64,000 bases of DNA from Antedon mediterranea (GCF_964355755.1 NC_092671.1:39938304-40002303); one strand, 5' to 3'. Positions 13,945-28,300 are shown, numbered from the stretch's first letter. Notes: generated by a model from the sequence alone, not told the origin. Program-made: numbers and translations.

Positions 13945-14305
13945 AGCGAGTCATATGGCCGAGCGGTTAAGGCAGGGGCGCCGTTTACCGTATCTAAAGA
14001 GCCAACAACAACATCGGCAAGGGTTCGAGGCCGACTCGCTCCTAGTTCTGGTGGTGGAACAAGTCTTCTCGGATAAGGACTATAAACCGTAGGTCCAGTG
14101 TACACAGTTATAACCTGTGTGTACTTTAAAGAACCCAGTTCATTATTCGAAAAAGAGTAGGGGGTTACCCCGGTGAACTGGTTCACACAATAGCCCCTGT
14201 ATCAGGAGGATTACCACCTATCTGATAGGACAGTGATTAATTCACTATTGGTAATCCTTGGCCACATTGCCTAAAGACATAAAATAAAAATAAATAAAAA
14301 TAAAA
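13945..14305 (+). mobile_element. tRNA-derived SINE with Deu/Nin-like domain, copy 2 (intact head)
   Basis: AGCGAGTC (13945-13952) pairs with GACTCGCT (14033-14040) as an acceptor-like stem. A-box 13956-13966, B-box 14022-14032, (TAAAA)n tail. Confidence 0.88.
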
Positions 14306-14959
14306 GAAATAAAGTAAAGAATATAATACACATGGACATACGTAACGAATAGCCCGTATACCGGCCTACTTAACTGTATGTTTATAAAATTGTCTTTCTT
14401 TGTGAACATGAATGATACGTTCCGGTAAATAAAAAATTACATATTAGACACACACAGTAACTGATAGCTCATTTTGGCGAAAGAAAGAAAACAACGTCGT
14501 GACCTATTTTTACCAGGTGAACTAATTAAGGGCGCAACAATGTTAAAGCCCAATTTCATCTTGGTACAACACTACACATGTCACGACTATCCTACAATCA
14601 GGATTAAACTAAGGAATTTAACGTCGATCTGTACGTGTTCATGTTATTGACGGGTTCACATGTCGGGCTTAGTTTCAAATCCTGACTTAACTCTAAAATG
14701 TTTTTACGATGTGCTGTTTGTGAAGGCAATAGAAATAGGAGTTCAGGTGGTTTAAACTAACGCGTTGCAAGGTGGTGTCTGCACGTTAAATTCCTTGTGT
14801 GGTCAACCAGACCTCCTTAGCTCCGTGCTCTGGATCTTCAAACAGGACTTATCAAAACCATTTTGGTTGCATAATTGTAAAACAATATATCATGTTGATT
14901 GACAATATTTTCTCACACAAAATATATTATAACGGAAAACAATTTCTAAACTGATCCAA

Positions 14960-15160
14960 CGCTTTTGATTGGTTAAAACTTAGGTTACGCGTCGTCCCTA
15001 CGTTGCATGGGAACCGACATTAAAGAACGTATAAACGCACCCCAAATAATTTGACCAATCATGACGTGAGATGTATCTCTCAAACTGCCGCTTGTGATTG
15101 GTCAACTCACTGCGTTGTTGCGCCTACACCATTGCGTCGCGTCCAATTGGGAAACAAGCT
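14960..15160. mobile_element. MITE family A, two decayed fragments
   Basis: Contains TTGACCAATCA...GCTTGTGATTGGTCAA...GGGAAACAAGCT. Confidence 0.6.
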
Positions 15161-15599
15161 TATTAAACGTGACGGCATTTAAGCATCACATCAATGTTTA
15201 ACAAACAATTCAGTCTAGTGGTCTATATATGTATATTTATTGTTTATCGTAAGTTCACAGTCATGGTTAGTTTATTATTTGACTGGTTAACATACCTTAG
15301 AAATCAAATGCATAAATTTTGTAAACGGTTTCGGCTCATAAATAGTTAAGTTTATTGGGTTATGTAACGCGGCAAAAAGTGCATGCGTTAAAACATAAGT
15401 AGACATCAGAACATTTATTTAGTACGGACAGGTGATGTCTCTGCATCGCAGTACCAAATTAGAACATTGCTAATAATGATGTTGAATCAACAGTTAAACC
15501 ACTGACATTCTGTGACAATGTTGCCAAACAGACACGACTACAAAAGTCTCAGACCATCATACTGCGTGGCAAGATGTAGCTACCGATGAAACATTGTAT

Positions 15600-15690
15600 G
15601 CTTGGTTCCCACTAGAGACGCAACACGTAACGCAACGCGATGGATTATTCGAACTGTCGCTTGTCAACTCGCTTTAATGGGAACCAAGCT
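15600..15690. mobile_element. MITE family A, internally deleted copy
   Basis: GCTTGGTTCCCACTAG...TGGGAACCAAGCT. Confidence 0.72.
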
Positions 15691-16119
15691 TAAACGGAAA
15701 GAGTTTTGTATCACTGACAAATATGAACCATTTTAGGTGATTTCGCGCATACACAAATATTAAAATTCTTCGCAACGTGTGGGGTTCGTGGTAATTACAA
15801 GTTGGATGTTAAAATACATTAAATGCAGTAATTGTTAATAAATCAATGATTACAAATATCATACCACATTATGGTTGTGTGTACATGATAGAATGTGGGT
15901 TACCTCACATCATGCCTCGCCGCCTACGCCTCATATTATCGTTGTAATTTTAGGAAAAAATGTCTAATATAAGCAATTAACCCATTTTTGTAATAACGGT
16001 TATCAATATCCTGAATGTTGTTTGGAATGGTAAAACGGAACCACCAACTGTGGGTAAAAAAGAACTGCATGGGTATATTTTTAGAAGGATCGCCCTATTG
16101 TCTACCCAAAGTGATATGA

Positions 16120-16196
16120 TCAAATATGGTAGTGATATGACATCATTATGTCCATATATGGGCACGTCAAACTAGTTTGAATATGTAGACAGAGCT
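16120..16196. mobile_element. MITE family B, partial
   Basis: CAAATATGGTAGTGATATGACATC...TGTAGACAGAGCT. Confidence 0.7.
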
Positions 16197-16557
16197 TTAA
16201 AATGGTTTGCAACCTATTGTCGTATCACACATTACAGTAGGATATAGGAAATAACAAATATATGGTAACGTATTCAATGACAGCACGAATGCTATTATAA
16301 TTTTTAAAATGTAATTAATTTCCAACAAGTACCGCCAACTAACCGTGGATTATCATACCTGAATACAATAGCAATACACAATATAGAATGAAAGCAGTAT
16401 ACACAAGACAATACATTGATTTACGAATTAAAACATCGGTGGAAATTTAAAATAAAAATTCCGTTGTGGTCGACATGGATAGTTTAATTTTATTCGTTGT
16501 CCTGACAACTAGAAACATATTCGATCTGGCGCGTCATACAAAGGGAAGAAGTGAGAT

Positions 16558-16738
16558 TACAGCAGCAACAGTGTTATTCCCGATTGCGTAAATTGCTAAA
16601 TGCGGACCTGGGAATGACAAATAATGACGTCTTCCAGTGCGTGTAGGTCTATTAGCAGCAACAGTTATTCCCGATTGCGTAATTGCTAATAAATGCGGAC
16701 CTGGGAATGAGAAATAATTACTTCTTCCAGTGCGTGTA
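16558..16738. repeat. ~92-bp tandem duplication
   Basis: Two copies of AGCAGCAACAG..TTATTCCCGATTGCGTAA..CTTCCAGTGCGTGTA. Confidence 0.88.
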
Positions 16739-19700
16739 TCCTGCCTATACAATATTTAACTATGGAACGTACATGAACATTCTCTGCAGATTTGGAGGGC
16801 GTAGAATTAGAAATGAAATATTAATAGTGAATGCTCAACAATCAAAACTGCGTGGAAGTTAAGTTGTGTTTCCCAGCCGATTGACTGATTAATCGAATTC
16901 CTGCGGATCAGTGTAAAAAGCCCAATGAGGATAGATTTGCACCAATGGGGCTATGAATGGCGTCAACATGCCTGCTGACTGATGTTCTCAACATAAAATA
17001 CAACTTAGTCATGTTAAAGGTAGATATTCAAATATCCCCGTTACATATAACATAACAAATAATGTGAAAAGCGGGACTTTTTAAAAACATATTTATCATT
17101 AATTGTTTGCCTTGTTTAATATAGTTTTCAGTTTAAATCGTAATGTATATGAATGAATTAGCATATATTGACGACAGGCCTATTAGTTAATTCACTCTTC
17201 ATCCCCTCCCTAACAAAATTGTCAAAACAAGTCTAGAAGCAAAAACGACTTTCGCAAATATTATACCGTACACGATAACAATCGGTAAAAATGCTTGATC
17301 CCCAACTACTCCCATGACGACGACATCATTATCTGAAAATGATGTCATTATATCCGGGATGGATAATTCGAACGAGACTCGGAGGGCCAGGCAACAAGGT
17401 ACTGTTAGTCTTTGGTAAACAACATCTCAGTGAATCTCAACACATCACCTACAATGTGACCTGTGACAAATTTGATTTGAATTTTGATTTCCAAGCATTA
17501 CAATTCAGTTTTTTGTTTGCAAAAGCCCTACGATTTTACAGTCTAATAACTGTAATCAGAAACATTACCAATGAGCTTTAGTCGATCTATAAAAATATCA
17601 TTGTATATTAATAAATATTTCCGATATCAGGAGGCGTGAGAGGATCTTTGTACGATTTGTATTTTTAAAGGCGCGGCGTCTCGTCGCGTTCCTGAACCTG
17701 ACGTAGTCGACACCAACCTATCTTTGGCACATGAGACTGAAGGAACTTAGGCTTAATTGACAATGTAAAAAAAGTGCACATTTCTGTAGTTTTTCATGGG
17801 GAAAACAAACTAGCATACGCCTACCCTTTATAGGCTCATTATGGTTACGTTATTCGTACTGGACAAAAAACAGCATAATGTTTGCCTTTATATGGCAACT
17901 CGAATACCATGTTTCTAATACAAAGGTAAGTCTGTCTAGAAAACATTGCAAAAAATGAGAATATAGGATTAACGAAAGGGATAAATTACACGTAGGCCTA
18001 TGTCAATGTAATATTAGAGAAAATATACAGGTAATTTGGAAAACTTTAACTCGAGAAAATTAGAAATAAATCTAAAACTAACTTTAACTCAAACAATGGG
18101 AAATAAATGAATACGAATAGATTAAACAGAATGCCTGTGATATGCCCAAATATTGTGTGATATGCTCAACTATGGTTTTATAGAATGTGACAGGCATACA
18201 ACAAATTGGAAATTGATGCAACAAAATGATTTTACTGTAAAAGTAAAACTTCCAGTATTGGACCAATAAAGTTTCCTGAATCTATTGATACGATCATCTC
18301 TCTATGCTTTGCTTTGGACACCGACACTGACCGACAGACATCGGTCGAATTCTGGGGACAGAACCTGCGACCAATGTAAGCACGTCTTGAATGCTCAACG
18401 ACGCAATGAATCACCCAATGGCATTCCAGAATCACCTCTGTCCAATAAAAATAGTTATATTAATTGAACATTTGTTTTGACACCTCAGGTTTTTGAGTTG
18501 ACAGGCAATGCTTACAGTTCAGTAACAGTAACTGACAGCGGTCTGTTCGTCCAGGAACCGGAACTTCCAATCATTAACCAAACCATCTCGTCAATCACAC
18601 TTTGACATCATGATCTCGAGCGGCTGTTGGCTTACAGTTTTGCCCTTCGCTGATCTATTAACGCGATTTAAAACTTTTAATTTATTTCTATTTAGCCTCT
18701 TAAAAATTAAACACAGTGTGTTAATTTCATATCATCGAAATGTTGCGTAAACAGCGTTCCATAGTTAATAGTATTCTACGCGAGCGGCATCATACAAAAT
18801 GAATATGGAAATTTGAATTTATCTGAATCCGTTTTAAAAACAACTTCAAAAGTGTTTTCCCAGTTTTGCTAAGCTTAATAAGAAGAGTGACAAACCATAT
18901 AACTTTCAAATGCCATCACGATCTCGAAGTTAAAGTGACATCCTCTTGAAACTATAGAACGGTACAATTAAATATACGGAAGCGTGTTTTATGAACCTAA
19001 TATATAATGTAAAGCATTTTATATGTTCACCTCTTCACGGAAAATCTACAAAGCGTTACTCAAGGCCAAGCAACAAGTGCATCAAATCGTTTACGATCTG
19101 AGAGGTTTATAAAGATGAAACAAATGTTCATCAATTCTAAGAATTGAAGGATGAGTGTTTAATAATGATCCAGTAGACGGCAATATTTATTTTTTATTCG
19201 TTTATCACCCTTTTTTAATATGCCGCTTTTGAATTGTATAAAAAACATTTTTGAGCCTGGTATTTATTGGTTACGTATACCTGAACGTTAAAATAATACA
19301 ACTTAAAAGCGATTGTATTATCAGGTATGGTACGCAACGCGCGCAAAACGTTGAATTCGTAGTATACATTTCGTTACATGAAAGAACCGTTCCCGTTAGA
19401 CGTTTCTCGGTTAGGCCTACATGAAAAAAAAACCGTTGCTCGTGAGTGGCTAGACGTTTCAAAATATCAAAAACGTGATTTCCATTTCCATCAAAGGTCA
19501 TAAAATTGGCAAAATGTTGAAAGCTGACCGGGGCTAGACAGCCGTTACGAATACAGAGGTCACAAAGATCAATCGCCTTGTGGTGGTTCAAATATTGCCT
19601 CATATTTGCCGAGATCCTCGAATTGCCTCGATTCAATGAAGTTATTTTGATTTATATAAAATGATATTGGATGAGTCACTTAATATATATTTAATATAGC

Positions 19701-20804
19701 ATACCACTGAATAAAAGGATCAAGTATACATAGCTCGTTTCAAACTGATCGTTAATCGCTAACAACGAAAACAGAGACTTCTCCTTATTCCATGGGGTAT
19801 GTGGACGTGGCAGGTGGGGGCCAGGGGCCGGGGTAGAAAGGCCCGTTACTGACAAGAGTCGTTATACAATAATGTTCAACAGGTTCGCCAGAAATTGTTG
19901 TGGTTAAATAAAATAAATTAACGATGCTCGAGGGATAGGCTTCTGACCGATGTGTAACCAATGATTCTAGACGAGTGTTGTAGACGTCGTGCTATAGTTC
20001 ATTCACGTTGATATAAGATGACGATATGATACTAATTTCTCTCAAATAAAATATAGTAAAGCACAAGTGCCAAATAATTTGTTTTTCTTTAACTTTATTT
20101 TACTTAATCTGGACGCACCTTCATTCAAGAAGTGTGCCACTGTTTCAAAAGTGTAGCTTCCAAATACATTATTATTAGGCCTATTATTGTTATTATTATT
20201 GAAAACAACATTTCAAAGTGCTTATAATCATATTGAATATGTCTACTACTACCACTATGACCCTATGCATTTTGTTATCATGTCAGATCGGCATAGAGGT
20301 ATTTCCCTGATGATTAATTAATACGGTTTCCCTGCTGCAGTCTAGGTCAAAGTCAACGATAATCCCCACAGAATCTAAGCTAAATCTTATCAATCTCATT
20401 ATTATGTAATTATTACAAGGGTTCTCTTACCTTTAATATGCCTGGTGCATGTCTAGTCTGTCACTGTTAAACTACAGTATTTAATTATCAAGTCCTACTT
20501 GTCTATGATAGTTATTCTATTGTTAAGAAGAGTAAATAGAATGTGTCGAGGTATGCGACGCCTACGCGCCTCGTGCGTCCAACAAAAGTGTTGTGGTTAT
20601 GCCACGGGTATCACTTGTTGTTCACCCGTATTGTTCATTCAGCAAATCTAATTTAAAATTGACAAAAAGACGACATGGGCAGCCATTCTCTTGATAACAT
20701 AAAATGGGATTTAGAGTATTTCATTCAAAATATTATACTAGGCCTACCGGCACTTTTAGGTTTCCTTTGTGAATGTTAGATGTTAGATATACTTCAATTT
20801 GACG

Positions 20805-22155
20805 GGGTGTGGAGGGGTTGTCATGGTCTCATAAGTCGTCTAATTCGACCCAGGTGTGGAGGGGTTGTCATGGTCATAAGTCGTCTAGTTCGACCCGGGT
20901 GTGGAGGGGTTGTCATGGTCATAAGTCGTCTAGTTCGGGTGTGAGGGGTTGTCATGGTCATAAGTCGTCTAGTTCGACCCGGGTGTGGAGGGGTTGTCAT
21001 GGTCATAAGTCGTCTAGTTCGACCCGGGTGTGGAGGGGTTGTCATGGTCATAAGTCGTCTAGTTCGACCCGGGTGTACTGTGGAGGGGTTGTCATGGTCA
21101 TAAGTCGTCTAGTTCAACCCGGGTGTGGAGGGGTTGTCATGGTCATAAGTCGTCTAGTTCGACCCGGGTGTGGAGGGGTTGTCATGGTCGTAAGTCGTCT
21201 AGTTCGACCCGGGTGTGGAGGGGTTGTCATGGTCGTAAGTCGTCTAGTTCGACCCGGGTGTGGAGGGGTTGTCATGGTCATAAGTCGTCTACTTCGACCC
21301 GGGTGTGGAGGGGTTGTCATGGTCGTAAGTCGTCTAGTTCGACCCGGGTGTGGAGGGGTTGTCATGGTCATAAGTCGTCTAGTTCGACCCGGGTGTGGAG
21401 GGGTTGTCATGGTCGTAAGTCGTCTAGTTCGACCCGGGTGTGGAGGGGTTGTCATGGTCATAAGTCGTCTAGTTCGACCCGGGTGTGGAGGGGTTGTCAT
21501 GGTCATAAGTCGTCTAGTTCGACCCGGGTGTGGAGGGGTTGTCATGGTCATAAGTCGTCTAGTTCGACCCGGGTGTGGAGGGGTTGTCATGGTCATAAGT
21601 CGTCTAGTTCGACCCGGGTGTGGAGGGGTTGTCATGGTCATAAGTCGTCTAGTTCGACCCGGGTGTGGAGGGGTTGTCATGGTCATAAGTCGTCTAGTTC
21701 AACCCGGGTGTGGAGGGGTTGTCATGGTCATAAGTCGTCTAGTTCAACCCGGATGTGGAGGGGTTGTCATGGTCATAACTCGTCTAGTTCGACCCGGGTG
21801 TGGAGGGGTTGTCATGGTCATAAGTCGTCTAGTTCAACCCGGGTGTGGAGGAGTTGTCATGGTCATAAGTCGTCTAGTTCGACCCGAGTGTGGAGGGGTT
21901 GTCATGGTCATAAGTCGTCTAGTTCGACCCGGGTGTGGAGGGGTTGTCATGGTCATAAGTCGTCTAGTTCGACCCGGGTGTGGAGGGGTTGTCATGGTCA
22001 TAAGTCGTCTAGTTCAACCCGGGTGTGGAGGGGTTGTCATGGTCATAAGTCGTCTAGTTCGACCCGGGTGTGGAGGGGTTGTCATGGTCATAAGTCGTCT
22101 AGTTCGACCCGGGTGTGGAGGGGTTGTCATGGTCATAAGTCGTCTAGTTCGACCC
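20805..22155. repeat. Minisatellite, 45-bp unit x~30
   Basis: Unit GGGTGTGGAGGGGTTGTCATGGTCATAAGTCGTCTAGTTCGACCC. Confidence 0.98.
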
Positions 22156-22215
22156 ATTTACCATTACATTTGCTGCTATTCTCTAGTTTGAAAGGAATAC
22201 TTCCTTAAAAAATGT

Positions 22216-22372
22216 ATCGCAAAGAGCGTGCGCGACGCATGATGGGAAGTGTTTGGGAGCAAACGTCACGACGTGATTTGTTGTTTGTACGTACGTCGTG
22301 ACGTTTGTTCCAAACCCTTCCCAATATACATTGTGCAATGACGATCCTCGCGAAATCAAGCTATTTTGCGAT
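22216..22372. mobile_element. Repeat family C (MITE-like), copy 2
   Basis: Inverted ends ATCGCAAA / TTTGCGAT and internal hairpin AAACGTCACGACGT / ACGTCGTGACGTTT. Confidence 0.65.
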
Positions 22373-24369
22373 AAACCTTATTCGAAGTTTTAGCCCAATG
22401 GAACAGGATGAGATAAACTCTACCCGATTCAAACAGACACATAGAAAAAAAAACTCATTAGCAACGTTCATAAGTAGATAACAAAGGGTTAAAGATAACA
22501 GCATTTGACAAACAATGATGGGAATGTTCATAGGTAAATATGGCAGATATTGATATAGATGGCACCTGGTCATAGGTTTCCAAATAATGAAATGTGTAGG
22601 GTGGAGCAGACGGGGGTTCACTGGGTCCGTAAAACCCGCAAAATAAAATATGGGCTCAGGATAAGCGGACCACATGAACCATTTCAATGGGACTGATATA
22701 TGAGACTCACGATAATAATTAACATCTTTTCAAATGCAATGTTGTTCACAATTTGTAAAATCGGCCTGACAATTTTTTTTTTTATAAACTTTGCTTTATC
22801 AACTACTCCAAAAAGCCGTCCGCTGTTGGAATCGTCTCCTTTAAATCAAGACCAGTTTTTAAATGTTTTTGTTCTTCTTCTATTTTTTTTTTTATTGTGT
22901 AGGCCTAATACTGTGCTTTTTGTGCACATTTTGGCTCTTTTCATCAGCACACAATCCGAGTGTTAGCTTAAGCTAGAAAAGGATCAACGTAAGTACAACA
23001 AATATTTTACTATATTTATTATTTCCATGATTTTTTATTAAGGGAAGGGTCAGACATTCTTTAAAGTGCATTGTCACTGAAATTACTAGCATTCCATTCA
23101 AGTCTAATCGCAACATAACACGTACCCTCACGTGGGCGAAGGGTCACGTGGGCGAAGGGGTAATCCAACCTGTTTAATAAACAGAACAATAGTCAATAAG
23201 CAGACGTAATATTTAAAAATAATATACTACTGCGGTTACTACGGCTAAGTGCCGGACTATTAGTACTTTAAGTGTCCCCCACGATACATTAGGTAAACAA
23301 CCACACCCACTACCTGTCAATCGTCAGATATGAGCTGCAATCTCTGGTAAATTTATTCGCGCGCGTCTGCTATGGCTCGTGCGTGCAATTCGTAAACGCA
23401 TTTTTTGTGTGTTGTGTTGTACAGTGCAAAAATATGTTTTATTAAGCATGGACCAATTACTTTAAATCTACTGAAATTAACGAGTAAAACGAATTCGCGT
23501 ACTTTTCAATCCGAGATTCACGAGTAGAACGAACAACGTATTTTCAATCCGAGATATATTGACGCGGGGATGGATTCACGAGCCACAACTGAATCACCTG
23601 TTTCGCATGTTCAACATCAGCTGCACGCTCGGACCACACGTTATGGTTAATATCTTTGATAATGTTACGAATTGCTATCGACATGAAAATGCATCCAACC
23701 TAATCATTTGGTCTATATATTTAATTTCAAACATTGTACCGTACAGTTTACGTTATGGTTCGGTTATTAACCATTAAGCACTAACTATCGAACGTTATAA
23801 ACTCATTTCGTCCTCCTAAAGACTTCATGAAGTTCAAGAACAACCAAATACCCAAAACCAAAAGTACTCACATGACACTGCCCTGCTAAACTGACATGAT
23901 CAATACATTGGTATAATTCCGATAGCAAGTTATAAATCGATTGATCTCCTTGTACATGTAGCAGACTGTTTGCGAGTGTTGTAATTCTGGTATGCATACA
24001 ACGCAGTTATTGTTATGCGTATCTATGCACCGTGATAAAACCAGAACAATGTACACACGGCACAGAAATGATATCCATGTTTACAATATTAAATTTAAAT
24101 ATACAAAATATCGATATTTAAGTGTTCCTTAACTACGTTCAAGTGTGTGTAGGTGCTTGTACATTACACATACTCACTGTGACTCAACACTCACACGTAA
24201 TTAAACTTAAAATGAGTCGTAAATCGTTCAATAATGTTTACTTAATCGATATAATATTAGATTTTTTTTATCTAGTCCAGTCCCCTGTACGTTCAACCCG
24301 CTCTATAATGATTTTTCGTAAAGTTAGTATAAGTATGCCTAGGCAAGTATTGGAAAAAAATATGACATG

Positions 24370-24507
24370 AAACGGTGGATCCAAGTGATTTATGGAGTAA
24401 TGAGTAAAACAAGTTTGAACTTAAGTTATTACTTAAGTAACTTCCACATGGAACGGTGGATCCAAGTGATTTATGCGGTAATGAATGAAACAAGTTTGAA
24501 CTTAAGT
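24370..24507. repeat. ~81-bp tandem duplication
   Basis: Two copies of AACGGTGGATCCAAGTGATTTATG...AAACAAGTTTGAACTTAAGT. Confidence 0.88.
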
Positions 24508-24844
24508 CATGGGAGAGTATATAACTAAATTGTTATTAGAGGACATTCCTACAAGTATAAACCTGACTATTCTAACCTATTAACCTATTCTTTTTATGAT
24601 ATTGTACAATAAAATTGTATATTTTCCTGGTATGCTATACCGAGAAACAAGTAAAAACACGTTGTTTAGTAAACCTATCAGATTTTTGCCACGTTTAAGT
24701 ACGACTTTGCAGGGATGGCTATTGAGAAAACTTCCTAATAATTAAAAAGATTATGGCCAATTGAACTAGGCATATAAACCAGTACCATTACAGGGTTGAC
24801 CAACATAGCAAACGAAATACAAGTTAGCCGACAGATTAAACTAA

Positions 24845-25003
24845 AGCTCTGTCAACACTATCAAACTTTATGTGACAAAAAAAACGTGATGTTCCCATAT
24901 ATGGACATGATGATGTCATATCACCATATTTGGGTATATCACTACCAATATTTGGGCATATCACACTATTTTGTCAAACTATTTTGATAGTGTAGACAGA
25001 GCT
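24845..25003. mobile_element. MITE family B copy
   Basis: AGCTCTGTCAACACTATCAAA...TTTGATAGTGTAGACAGAGCT. Confidence 0.85.
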
Positions 25004-25251
25004 TTTGAAAGAAGTTATTTTTCCCGATTCATATTGCGATTAAGATACTATAGACGTCAACAGGGAGATCATTTGCAAGATGGACAACACGTTGTAATAT
25101 TTTAATTATTGATCTGATGTTGAAATTCACAACAAATCAATCCCAGCAGACATTCCATTGAATGGTCGAAGTCACGTGTGTATAGACATAATTAAAAATT
25201 GATTTAAAATTGTAAACTGTCTTGGATGTAATTGTAACACAATGTTTGTTG

Positions 25252-25386
25252 TCACTAGGACGCGTACGTAACGCAACGGCGTACGCGCAACGCAAGTGAG
25301 ATGACAAGCGACAGTTGGATTATCCATCATGATTGCATAAATTGCGTTACGCTTACGTCCTTGCATTGTGTTCTAGTGGGAACCAC
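25252..25386. mobile_element. MITE family A, diverged copy
   Basis: CACTAGGACGCG...TTACGTCCTTGCATTG..CTAGTGGGAACCA. Confidence 0.68.
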
Positions 25387-28300
25387 ATTTTATATACACG
25401 ATACGTACGATTTTTTTAGAATGGCATAAACCCTTTTCTGAGAATTAGTCCTTGTTTACTTTATTTCTTGTTGTTTTTTCTCTCTTATTGATACAAATTT
25501 ATGCATTTTGACTAATTTAATTTTTGTGACAGGAGGGGGACAGGAGTCAAACCTCGATTATCGAAAGCTATTTTTGGCTCCTTTTCACATATTGTAGGCC
25601 TACTGTTTATGAGGTGAATACAGTTGTAAAGAAGTAAATGCTTACCTTGTTAGTATTCACAGTGACACTCTAGCCTGTATATCTATCTAATCACAGGTAT
25701 CAGAATATGCATACGGAAATCACATTTGATGCCATTTCAACATTTGTAAATATTCAAAAAAATAAATGTACGAAGGAACTGCGATGCGTGGGTTGTGATA
25801 CGATTGAGAATTCATCTTCAGACGATCAACTTGGCAAACCCATTTGGTGTGGTCAAAAAATGATGGAGCGAGCACGACGGGGGTGTTCAAAATGATTTAG
25901 TTTACCGGCTGCTTGTTGCGGTTACTTCCTCCAAACAGCTGAAAAGTTGATGAAATTCTCGCAGGTAAAAAATGAAAAGTCAACAAACCTCGTGGATATG
26001 TTCAACGTTTGGGGTGCATAAATTCCAAGTTGGTGAATCTATGAGACGGTTTCCCCGTCAACTTAGTAATGAGTACAAGTGCAAAGCATTCGCTAGTTTG
26101 TGTCCAAATCAACTTTGTTAGGTCGACAAACAGCTGAGTTTGCAATAGAAATGTAAAGTATAATCATCCGAGATATATATAGGAGACACAAACAAGTTCC
26201 AAATTGCGGCAAACACACCCAAGTACAGTAGTAATAGGTCAAATGCGTTACAATGAAACAAGTGTCAAGTTTAAACTCAAATCTATGATCTTGGTTCCAG
26301 TTTGAGACTGCGCAGTACCGGTCTGGGGTAATTGGAATTTCCCCTTATTAATTAGTCAACGATGAATTGGTTGGGATCGAGGCAAACTGGTCTAGGCTAA
26401 GGTTAAGGTGAACGCCGCCGGAATTAAAACAATCAAATAACAATAATTAACATTTGGCCTAAATCAAATTATAAAGAAAAAAAAACAATTATAAATAGGG
26501 TTCATTTATTCTTCTATTTCCGAAATTGCGTAGAAAGTTTTGCAATGCAGCGCGCGCGTACGAAAACGGTACGTTTTTTGGTCGTGCGTCTATTTTGTGT
26601 CTTTTCCGGGTATGACCAGAGCGATGAATTATTCACACACTGCCTTAAATTGTGATAACATTATTTTGCGTGATATCACGTATTAAGTATTTCATAAAAC
26701 TGGCCAGACTACTGTACTCATAAACAGGATGCGCACTTATGACTTTATTCAACACTTATTAAAATGAAATGACATTAACATTGTTTTTTCAACATGCAAT
26801 GATGCTTTAAAACATAACGTCGTTTAGCGATACCATGACCACGTAGTTTATATTGATGTATTCCGGCCCAATAGCCTATGTATAATAAATGGCCTAGGCA
26901 ATGCGCCTAGGCAATGCGCCTAGGAAAGAAAGAAAGATAAAGTCGGAAACAAAATAAATGGAACTTAATTTCATATTATTTAAGTCCTTCGTATGAAGAA
27001 TTATCTTAACTAAAGTATATATTTCAATTGAGAATTGGACAATTTGATAAACTGCGCAGACACATTCTGTGTCCTATGCATAGACTCTTCATTTTAAGGT
27101 GGATACTAAAATGTTACTATATAGCTGTAATAACTTATTTCCTCTGAAGAGATAGTAATTTAATCGTTTAAAATTGATATTATCATCACATACTCCGGCA
27201 CAACTCCAACAAACTTTACTGTACTCAATTTACAATTTACAATACTAAATGTATAATACTAAACGATACATTTCTCATATTAATAATAGGTTTTCTAAAA
27301 TTAGGATATTTGACAAGTGACATTTCGTTACATGTATATCAGATTTCAATGATGAGAATCAATTTAGTCTGTAAAATGATTAGCAGCATCATAACAGACT
27401 TTGTAATCCATCATCATCGTCAGCCGAGTGTTGACATTTTAATTGCAGTCATTAATTCGTTCGATAGATATTTGAAAGAAATTAATCCCTTCTTCATCCA
27501 TGCTGGACGTGTACCTAAACTTATCGAATGGAAGAGGAGGTGTAAAATACCTAGTACTAGTAGAGCAATTTTGGGGAGGTTTTTGTCAGCAGCATGGTAG
27601 AGTGCGATAGAGCGGGATCAGGGTTGTCAAAATACTGGTAGAACAATGGGAGGAGGTTGACTGGAGACAGGGTGTCAAAATACGCGTAGAAAAGGGGGAG
27701 GGGTTTACTACTAGAAAGAGGGGTGTCAAAATACGTGGGGATTTGTCCTATTATCCTATTATGTGAAAACGTTGCCTTACAACGCTAAAACCTTTACTAA
27801 CACCACCAAATCTAGTGAAATACGTATGGGCAAGAAGTCTGTAGCATGTCCTCAAAGTGACATTACAGATCCGTAGAGCAGAACAACAGTAAACCGTAAA
27901 GCAATCACCGATAATATTCACAGAACTCGTTTAAAAGTTACAGGTAAACTTGACATCAATAATAAAATCACAGTTGAAGAGGAATTGCAACAGGTAAAAA
28001 TATGAAGATATGAGACCTTTAGGAACGTGTATATGCTGATTTACGCCATCAAGCTAGGAGCTCATAAAAAACACGTCTACTCAGCACGGTGTCTCAATTA
28101 TTGATGGGGTATTTCCCCATGTCCGGATCCTTTATGACGGCATCCCATTATCAATCTAGGTGACCATTCTGTTCTTACGCCACTAGAGTGACCAAGTCGT
28201 AGGTAAAAATTTAAGAAATAAATAAAAGAATACTTTTGCCAATTAGTTTGATGAAAATTACAATGTTGTATGTTGACTTATATCAGTAAACAAGGCCAAT

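Noticed and set aside
13945-14042. tRNA gene
   Set aside because: A/B boxes and an acceptor-like stem are present, but there is no clear anticodon arm and it continues into a SINE body and A-rich tail.
13788-14186. 132-aa ORF (also 5244..5438)
   Set aside because: Chance reading frames across SINE copies.
19271-19636. 121-aa minus-strand ORF
   Set aside because: No recognisable domain, and no supporting splice sites or phase-compatible neighbouring exons.
20809-22208. ORFs of 460, 361 and 190 aa
   Set aside because: They are translations of a 45-bp tandem repeat, open on both strands, with no unique coding flanks or splice support.
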